Below are positions 39,122 to 47,300 of a DNA stretch of 64,000 nt, piece by piece (the stretch's first letter is position 1; each line of letters begins with the position of its first letter). The notes beneath the pieces are model-generated. The model was not told where the DNA came from. It ran no database searches and saw only the letters and a list, made by a program, of their open reading frames with translations. The DNA lies in the NCBI GenBank assembly GCA_019358915.1, contig JAHHIM010000004.1, forward strand, positions 64,001-128,000, written 5' to 3'. Position numbers and translations under genes: made by a program. Origin of the DNA: Trichormus sp. ATA11-4-KO1 (GTDB lineage Bacteria > Cyanobacteriota > Cyanobacteriia > Cyanobacteriales > Nostocaceae).

Positions 39122-39451
39122 ATGTCAATTTATGTCGGGAATTTATCCTATCAGGTCACAGAAGAAGACCTGAAGAGGGCTTTTGCGGAATATGGGACAG
39201 TTAATCGTGTTCAGTTACCCACCGACCGGGAGACAGGTCGTCCCCGAGGCTTTGCCTTTGTAGAGATGGAAACAGACGCACAAGAAACTGCTGCCATCGA
39301 AGCACTTGATGGCGCAGAGTGGATGGGCCGTGATTTGAAAGTAAATAAAGCTAAACCCCGTGAGGAAAGAAGCTCTCCTCGCGGTGGAGGCTGGGGTGGC
39401 AACAACGCTCGCCGTGGTGGTGGCGGTGGCGGTGGCGGTGGTCGCTACTAA
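39122..39451 (+). CDS. rbpA: RRM RNA-binding protein with Gly-rich tail (RbpA-type)
   Basis: IYVGNL (RNP2), RGFAFVEM (RNP1); rbp-rpsU arrangement. Confidence 0.9.
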   Translation: MSIYVGNLSYQVTEEDLKRAFAEYGTVNRVQLPTDRETGRPRGFAFVEMETDAQETAAIEALDGAEWMGRDLKVNKAKPREERSSPRGGGWGGNNARRGGGGGGGGGRY

Positions 39452-39574
39452 GCCTTGATCCAATTATTTAAAATCTAGAGTCTCCAGCAGATAAAGCCTA
39501 AAGCTTGACTCTGCTGGAATGTTTTGCATTTGCTCTAGATTTACAACAATTCATCCACATGAAGAGGAAGAAGA

Positions 39575-39769
39575 ATGACACAAGTAGTTTTGGGAGAGAA
39601 TGAAGGTATCGAGTCAGCTTTGCGAAGATTTAAACGCGAAGTTTCTAAAGCTGGAATTTTCCAAGATATGAGAAAAAAGCGTCACTTTGAGACGCCGTTA
39701 GAAAAGCAAAAGCGTAAAGCAGTTGCTAGGCACAAGCAAAGTCGTAGACATCGTTCTCGCTTCAGATAA
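39575..39769 (+). CDS. rpsU: 30S ribosomal protein S21, copy 2
   Basis: [27 protein letters not shown]. Confidence 0.95.
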   Translation: MTQVVLGENEGIESALRRFKREVSKAGIFQDMRKKRHFETPLEKQKRKAVARHKQSRRHRSRFR

Positions 39770-39851
39770 AACCCTAAGGGTAATTGCCTCTTCGACTGAG
39801 CATGGAAGCCGCGAAATAATTTAGACAGACGTAAATTAGTAACTATCTTAG

Positions 39852-39884
39852 TAGTAGCGTTATCTAGGAAAGACAGCGCTACTA
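39852..39884 (+). terminator. Hairpin after rpsU copy 2
   Basis: TAGTAGCG-TTATC...GACAG-CGCTACTA stem; no clear T run follows. Confidence 0.5.
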
Positions 39885-40028
39885 TAGAATCTATATTTAA
39901 ATTAAGTTAATTTTTTTTGAATGGTTTTTGCGGAACTAAAAGTGATCATAGATATATCTTCCTGTATACTCACAGGGTGTTGTGGATACTATTAGTCTGC
40001 GAATTCTGTTTCTGGATTATCAGGAAAA

Positions 40029-40790
40029 ATGTTGCGCGTTTATCATCTTTTTATCGGTGCTATTCTATTAGTTTTAATACCAGTGGGAGTAAAATCTTTT
40101 CTCCCTCCTTTTCATATTGAGCGGGAAGAAAAACCATTATCTGTCACAACGCCGACTCCCAGCGCGTCTGATCAAACCGCTCCTTCAACAACTCCTAAGC
40201 CGATAGCAGGAAATATTTGGCAGAGAATCTTGGGAAACACTCCTACCCCAAACGGTTGGCAAGTGTCTCCTTGTGAGGGAAATGCTCCCTTATTGTGTGT
40301 CTCTTCCCAAGGAGAGCTTTTGGGTACGGTCGAAATTGGGGTTTACCCAGTAAAAAACAATCCAGATTTCCAAAAAAATTTAATAGCTGCGGGAATTCCA
40401 CTTGGTTCCAAAGTGGAATCTAAGAACCCTGAATACCAAAATCAGGTATTGACAGCACTCAGTAGTTGGGTCGCAGACTTCGACACTGCTTTAGCAAAAG
40501 ACCGTCAGGGTAAGTATAAAAACAAAATTAGTTTCTCAGCCTATCCACCGCAACAAGTATCAATTGGTCAGCTTCAGGGAATGCGCTACGGCTTTGTAGG
40601 CATCAAGCAAGAAGGTGGAGTACAAGAACAACATATCAGTCATGTTGCCTTCGATGGTACTACTCTTTACATAATTACTACAGCTTTTGAACCAGGCTCC
40701 ATCACAGGTAAATTCGAGAAACTGGAAAATTTAGCAATTTTTCAACCTTACTTGTCAGCGATCGTCGCTGATTTGCGTTTGCCTATGTAA
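40029..40790 (+). CDS. Hypothetical exported or membrane-anchored protein
   Basis: N-terminal hydrophobic segment, Pro/Thr linker, paired Cys (PCEGNAPLLC). Confidence 0.75.
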   Translation: MLRVYHLFIGAILLVLIPVGVKSFLPPFHIEREEKPLSVTTPTPSASDQTAPSTTPKPIAGNIWQRILGNTPTPNGWQVSPCEGNAPLLCVSSQGELLGTVEIGVYPVKNNPDFQKNLIAAGIPLGSKVESKNPEYQNQVLTALSSWVADFDTALAKDRQGKYKNKISFSAYPPQQVSIGQLQGMRYGFVGIKQEGGVQEQHISHVAFDGTTLYIITTAFEPGSITGKFEKLENLAIFQPYLSAIVADLRLPM

Positions 40791-41618
40791 GGGTAATATC
40801 CCAAACCCCATTAGCTTAAGGTACTGGCAGCATCCAGGTTTCTGGCTGCTGACTAAACATGCTGCTTTCTTCAACCTGGGCATATGGCAATGGTCGCTTC
40901 AGGAGTTAGTTACATCTGCTTTGCTCCTGAAGCCCCTTCAAAGTAATTTTACTGAGACACTTACACTAACATTTATTTGTTTCCATCCACATTTAGGATG
41001 ATATTAGCTTTCTTTTAGCATCTTTTTTAACTGCTGTATAATTTATTGCTTTAGGTTATTGCTTAAATTTACATCTGCTGTTGGGTAGAAAAATAGCTTA
41101 AATATTGGCTTGTTCGCATTTTTTCTTTTAAATTGCTCGAGAAGAAATACCCTAGTAACATTGAATATATCATGGATTCATGATATTTAAGAGAAATTAC
41201 GTAAAATTAAAGTGATTTAAAGTACAAAATTTATTATCCGATAGCATCATATAGTAGGTTGATCAAATCTTTTCCTAAGTTTATTTGGAACTAAACTATA
41301 TAATTTTTGAAATAAACGATACTAAGTATTCATACCAAAATATACTGATACTTTTCTACGTATATACTTTAAAACAAGTAATTTCTACAACCAAGTATCT
41401 AGCTAAGTTAATTTTTATTTATAATTCCGTAAATGTACGGATATATTTTTTAATATTTTTATTAAAAAATACTTAAGAAGGTAAAGTTTCAGTTATTTAG
41501 TCTCTGTTTGACAGAGTATTTATATTGAGAATTAATATCTCAAATGCCAACAGTACTATATTTTAGTCACTGTCGGCAAGTTAATCGATTTAGTAAATTT
41601 TGGAATTCGATAGGATTT

Positions 41619-42602
41619 ATGCAAAAATTCATTCTCCCAGATTTATATTGTCCATTTCCACATCAATTCAATCAGTATGTTGATGTTCTAGAGGAAAACT
41701 ATTTGGATTGGGTAATCCGCTTCAATCTGCTGGCAAATGAGTCAGCATACCAGCGTTTCTCTAAAGCAAAATTCTTTTTGCTAATTGCCAGTTGTTACCC
41801 ATACTGCCAACTTGAAGAACTGAAGATTGCAAATGATTGGCTGAGTTGGATGATGACCTGGGATGACGAATGTGATATTTCAGATTTATCAAAAGAACCT
41901 GAATTACTAAAGAGTTTTCATAAGAGATTTATTGAAGTATTGAATGGGGCAGAACTCACAAGCCAGGATACACTACGTTCTCATGCTTTAGCAGACTTGC
42001 GAAGACGGATGTTCCAAAGAAATGGTGCAAAATCTTTTCATCACTTTGTCCATAGTGTTGAAGATTATTTGCATGGTTGTGTCCAGGAAGCTATTAATCG
42101 CTTACAGGAAAATGTACCTGATATTAACACTTATATTCATCTCCGTAGATCAACTGGAGCAATGGAACCCCTCTTTGAGTTAATTGAATTTTCTAATCAT
42201 TTACTGATTCCTGTATCTTTACGAGAACATGAAATATTGAAATCATTAAAAATGATGACGAACAATATTGTTTGTTGGTGTAACGATATCTTTTCGGCAC
42301 CTAAAGAAATGGCAAATGGAGATGTACACAATCTAGTATTGGTACTACATTATCAACAAAAACTTACTTTGGAAAAAGCAATTAACTGTGCTGCCCAAAT
42401 GCATGATGAAGAGATACAAGCAATGATAAATTTAGAGGCGTCCACACCATCATTTGGAGAACAAATAGATACGGAATTAGCAAAATATGTATCGGGATTA
42501 CATGCTTGGATAGGTGGTCACCTCAATTGGTATTCTCTATCTGGTCGTTACAAGACTTTAGAAAAACCAGATTTAGTTGTATTGCCCACATCTTGCACCT
42601 AG
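41619..42602 (+). CDS. Class I terpene synthase (sesquiterpene cyclase-like, single domain)
   Basis: LYCPFP, WDDECD (DDxxD), RRSTGA, NDIFSAPKE (NSE), HNLV, WYSLSGRY. ATG at 41619 follows AGGA. Confidence 0.93.
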   Translation: MQKFILPDLYCPFPHQFNQYVDVLEENYLDWVIRFNLLANESAYQRFSKAKFFLLIASCYPYCQLEELKIANDWLSWMMTWDDECDISDLSKEPELLKSFHKRFIEVLNGAELTSQDTLRSHALADLRRRMFQRNGAKSFHHFVHSVEDYLHGCVQEAINRLQENVPDINTYIHLRRSTGAMEPLFELIEFSNHLLIPVSLREHEILKSLKMMTNNIVCWCNDIFSAPKEMANGDVHNLVLVLHYQQKLTLEKAINCAAQMHDEEIQAMINLEASTPSFGEQIDTELAKYVSGLHAWIGGHLNWYSLSGRYKTLEKPDLVVLPTSCT

Positions 42603-42910
42603 CTCTGGCGATAAGAGAGAAAAGGCTTCCGGCACGCTATGACTTTAAGTGCAGCCATGCCCGTAGGGCTTTACGCCACGCTCCGTGAACGCGTTAGAGT
42701 AGCTTATGCCTATGGCACACTACGTGTTAGCGGAGCTTTCGCTTTAGCGATATGCAGCTATACAAACTCTTTCCAGCTTGTATGTTGAAATTAAGTAACA
42801 GAAAATTAGAAACCGCTCAGGAGCTGCTTCACTGCTCTACGCGTCCTACCTGTGTAGCCAAGCCAGTGCGTTAGGCCGCGAGCTGCTCTTGTGACAACTG
42901 GCGCGCGATT
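42576..42910. repeat. Cluster of GC-rich SDR/MITE-like repeats between the terpene synthase and the flavoenzyme
   Basis: GCAGCCATGCCCGTAGGGCTTTAC is the reverse complement of the repeat at 5400 and 54993; imperfect inverted ends TTGTATTGC and GCTATACAA. Confidence 0.6.
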
Positions 42911-42980
42911 TCTTAGGAAATTGCCTACTCTAGAATCCCCTATTTTGAACTAACAAATTAGACTCACTTTAAATTAATCA

Positions 42981-44309
42981 ATGCAAGTTATTAATCTGAC
43001 CCATGAGCCTTCAACTCGTATTGGTATTATTGGTGCAGGGTGTACTGGTTTGACGGCGGCTGAAGAATTACGCGATCTTGGATATAAGCACATCACTATT
43101 CTTGATGTAAAGAACCGCATAGGTGGCAAGACATATTCAGTCAAGTATGCAGACACAACAGCTCAAGCTCGGGGTATTTATGAGGGCGGAACTGTCTGGA
43201 TACTACCTAGTCCCTTATACACAAAGTACAATAAACGGTATGGAATCTCTACAGCTTACCGGGTGATGCCACGAGTACAAGTCATTGACTTAGCTACAGG
43301 TCGCGTCTCTAGCCCGTTTCTGATTGAAACAAAATACTCCTTATTTAGTAGGCTGTGGCAGCTTACGACCTTCTTTTGGGAATTACGCAAGCATACCCGG
43401 TATGACAGTCCAGGGTTTGTCAACCCCATTTACCAAGCAATGAGTGAGCCATCACCTCAATGGTTTACTAAGCGGGGACTGGGTTTCATTCGAGAGGCTT
43501 TAATTCCAATAGCCAATGCTGCACAATTTGGGCATATTGAAGAAGAAGTCTCAATTGCCTACGTGATTAGGTTGCTTGCATTACTTAACCGATGTAACCC
43601 CATCAAAAAGTTAGTTCTCAACATGCCACAACTGCAAGAAGGGAACCAGGAGTTGTGGAATCGCGTAGCAGCAACGCACAACTTGTTTCTGGGACAGAGT
43701 ATTGAACGAATCTACCGCGATAAAACAATTTTTGTGCAAACTTCTTCTGGTCAGTGGGAGTTCGATCATCTAATTTGGACTGCTCCTGTAGATGACTTTC
43801 TCCGTGTAGCAGATGCTTCTTCAGAGGAAACTGATATTTTCTCCCGTGTACGCACAATCAAACGAGCAGTTGTCACCTGCAAAGCAGAAGGTCTGCCTCA
43901 AGGAATCTTCTATTTTGTCAAAAACACTTTGAATCATTCTGTGCCAACCGGTTATCCATTCGTGATTTATGAGGTTGATATAGGTAGCAAAATTTACAAC
44001 TTTTACCCATTCATGGATGAAACCACAACCATTAAGGAACTAGAATGTAATGTTGCTGACTTAGTACAAAAACTCGGAGGTACTCAGATAAAGTTTTTAG
44101 GACAACCGCTTATTTGGAAGTGGTTCTCTCATTTTTCACCCCAAGATATAGGAGAGGGCATCTATAAACGCTTAGAAACGTTACAAGGCTGCCAAAACAC
44201 ATACTTTGCTAACGAGTTAAATGCTGGTGTAAGCGTACCTTATGGAATGGAATATGCGGCAAATTTGGTGCAACACTTTTTTATCCAAGGGTATGCCACA
44301 CAAAATTGA
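42981..44309 (+). CDS. FAD-dependent oxidoreductase resembling polyunsaturated fatty acid isomerase (PAI-like, amine-oxidase superfamily)
   Basis: RIGIIGAGCTGLTAA, RIGGK, YEGG; C-terminal W.WFSH..QD...GIY..LE.LQG..NTYF..E..Y...LV.HFF follows the Cutibacterium acnes PAI pattern as recalled. Confidence 0.75.
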   Translation: MQVINLTHEPSTRIGIIGAGCTGLTAAEELRDLGYKHITILDVKNRIGGKTYSVKYADTTAQARGIYEGGTVWILPSPLYTKYNKRYGISTAYRVMPRVQVIDLATGRVSSPFLIETKYSLFSRLWQLTTFFWELRKHTRYDSPGFVNPIYQAMSEPSPQWFTKRGLGFIREALIPIANAAQFGHIEEEVSIAYVIRLLALLNRCNPIKKLVLNMPQLQEGNQELWNRVAATHNLFLGQSIERIYRDKTIFVQTSSGQWEFDHLIWTAPVDDFLRVADASSEETDIFSRVRTIKRAVVTCKAEGLPQGIFYFVKNTLNHSVPTGYPFVIYEVDIGSKIYNFYPFMDETTTIKELECNVADLVQKLGGTQIKFLGQPLIWKWFSHFSPQDIGEGIYKRLETLQGCQNTYFANELNAGVSVPYGMEYAANLVQHFFIQGYATQN

Positions 44310-44382
44310 ATCAGCTGCCACTCTTTTAAGATATAAGGATGCAATAATTGATAATTTTTCTATCATATATCTGCTAACTATT

Positions 44383-47300
44383 TTATTGTTGCATCGGTAT
44401 CTCAATCACAAACTCAGTTCCCTTTCCAGGAGTAGAATCACAGGTTAACTGACCCTTGTGTTTATCCACAACAACTTGATAGCTAATTGACAACCCCAAC
44501 CCCGTACCACTGCCTATCGGCTTAGTGGTAAAAAATGGGTCAAAAATTTTCTGACATACCTTGGCATTCATGCCACGACCATTATCAGCGATGCGAATTC
44601 TCAATGTATTCGAGTCTTTTAGCTCAGTGCAAATGCGAATCTGCGGTTTGTTAATTATTTTTGAATTGATTATTGACTCTTCTAAAGCATCGATCGCATT
44701 ACTGAGGATATTCATAAATACCTGATTGAGTTGACCAGCATAACAACTCACTTGGGGTAGTTGTGCATATTCTTTAATGACCTCAATTTCCGGGCGATCG
44801 CTCTTTGCCTTGAGTCGATGCTGCAAGATCATTAAGGTATTATCAATACCCTCATGAATATCTACTGGTTTCATTTCTGCTTCATCTAGGCGGGAAAAAT
44901 TCCGTAAGCCGAGAACAATATTCCGAATGCGTGAACTACCGACCTTCATAGAATCGAGAATTTTGGGCAAGTCTTCTGCCAGGAAATCTACATCAATCTC
45001 TAAAACTTTATCCTGAACTACATCTGAAGGATTGGGGTATTCCTGTTGATAGATAGCGATTAAGTCCAGCAAATCTTGCACATACTCACTAGCATGTGTA
45101 ATATTGCCATGAATAAAATTTATCGGGTTATTGATTTCATGGGCAATTCCCGCCACCATTTCCCCCAAGGAAGACATTTTTTCACTTTGAATCAATTGGC
45201 TTTGGGTACTTTGCAATTCTAAGAGTGCTTGTTCCAAGCGTTGATTTTTTTCGTTGAGTTCCTGGGTTCTCTGCTCTACTTTTTCCTCTAATGTATGGTT
45301 GTATTCTTCTAAGTATTGATTTGCTTGGGCTAAATTTTTGTAGAGTAGAGCATTTTCTAGCGAAATTGCGGCTTGGGTGGTGAGGAGTTTTAAGACTTCA
45401 ACGCGATCGCCTGTAAATGCTCCCGTCGTCAGATTATTTTCGAGATAAAGAATACCCAGCAGTTTACCTTGATTAATAATTGGGATACACAATACACTCT
45501 TGGGTTGCTCACGGATAATGTAGCGATCGCCTGCTAAGAAAGCAGCAATCTTAGCATCATCGATGACAAAGATTTCCCTTGTGCGTTTGACATTATTAAT
45601 TAAAGTAATAGGAACATCGCAACTGGACTCTAGATGAATTGATGGGAAACTTGTGGAAATAGATGTCAAAGTTGAGCTGGAACTAACTGCCGTGACGGTT
45701 AAGCCCAAGCGATCGCTTTCACTCAAAATCAACGCAGATTTAGATGCGCCGGCGTTCTCCATCACCACTGCCATTAAGGTAGAAAGTAGTTGTTCTAGTT
45801 CGATTTCTCCAGATAGTGCTTGTGAGGCTTTCATCACAGATGCTAAGTCCAGCATCTGTGAAATGCTAGTGTTAGAGCTGACTACTGTTTCGTGAGTAAT
45901 GGGACTAGATAGGGATATGCTTGATTCAGTGGTAATTTTATCTCTGTGTGGGAGTTTTAGTTGTTCTTGCTGAATGATGGGAGCGAGTAATTGAGGATAG
46001 CGTTTTTGTAAGTCGTCAACTTTGGCTTTTGCTCCCCAGCGCACGTAGCAATAGTAGGCATCCGTCAGGTAGATTTGGGCAATTTTCTGTTTGTTCCATT
46101 CAAGATAGAACTTGGCGGCTAATTCGTGAGCGAGTGCCTCTTCGTTAATATACTCGTTTTCTTTAGCAAGGGTGATGGCGCGATCATAATTATCCATTGC
46201 TTGAAGATTTTGGCCGAGAATACGATACAGTTCTGCCTCCACTAAATAATACTTATGTAAATTATTCATTGGAGCATGATGCGCCCAATGTTGAATTTTT
46301 TGTTGATTGGCAGCAACCTTCTGAAGAATGTGTTGTTGTTTAGATTCCTCGATATTAGGATAAAGCGCTAGTCTAGCTAATGAATCGTAGAGATAGAATT
46401 GAGGAGTAACTAACATTCCTATCCCAGCATATAAATAATTTTCTGCTATTGCAGCATTTTCAACAGCTTGAGAGTAATTAGCAAATAGATAACATAGCTG
46501 AAGCTTGCAGAAATATAAGATTAAAATTGCCACTCCATCATTAGCTTCAAGATGAAGTGGCAGTTTTTTTTCTTCATCGTAAGCTTCTCCAACTAAACAA
46601 TACGGCTTGTCAACATTTCCTAGTAAATTCAAAACAGTTTGTCGATAAATTTCGTTCCAATGCCATACTCTTACTTGCTTTATTTGAATGATGGCATTGC
46701 TGTAATTTACCATCTCTTGTTTTAGTTCTATTAGATTTTTTCCTACAAAATATAGAGCATAACAGTAAGCATTAATAGAATACGCTGCAAATTCTAAGTC
46801 TCCCGTTTCCAATCCAGCAGAATAAGCTTTTAGAAAGGGCTTTAATGTTTGTTTGATATGCTCCTTTAAATGCCTGATGTGAGCATTAATAGTGTGGAGA
46901 ACTTTAGCTATAACTTCTTTAGCATTAAACTTAATCAATAACTTTGCAGCTAAATTTCCAAATTTATAGCCAGATTCAATATCTTCCATCATATCACAGA
47001 GAATTAACCCGTAAACTACATAGGCATAGGCAGACAAAGGAGCATTACCATACTGGATTGATAAACTAATTTGTTTAAGAGTAATCAGCAGAAAAAGATT
47101 AGGATTACTTTGATAGGCGAACACAATTCCACTAGATAAGATACGCATTATTGCTAGTGGTTGTATTTCTGTCATTTCGGAAAAATCAATTAATTCTTCA
47201 ATGTTTCGATTGACCAGAGCGGAAGTTATTTTTTCCAGTTCAAATTGAATATCAGATTGATTGGGATTTTCAGGAAATTCCACACCTAACAATTTCAAAA

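Noticed and set aside
41285..41476. 63-aa ORF upstream of the terpene synthase
   Set aside because: TTG start, no RBS, and composition typical of AT-rich non-coding DNA.
41619..42602. Geosmin or 2-MIB synthase
   Set aside because: Single domain of about 327 aa, with no second cyclase domain, GPP methyltransferase or cyclic-nucleotide-binding genes nearby.
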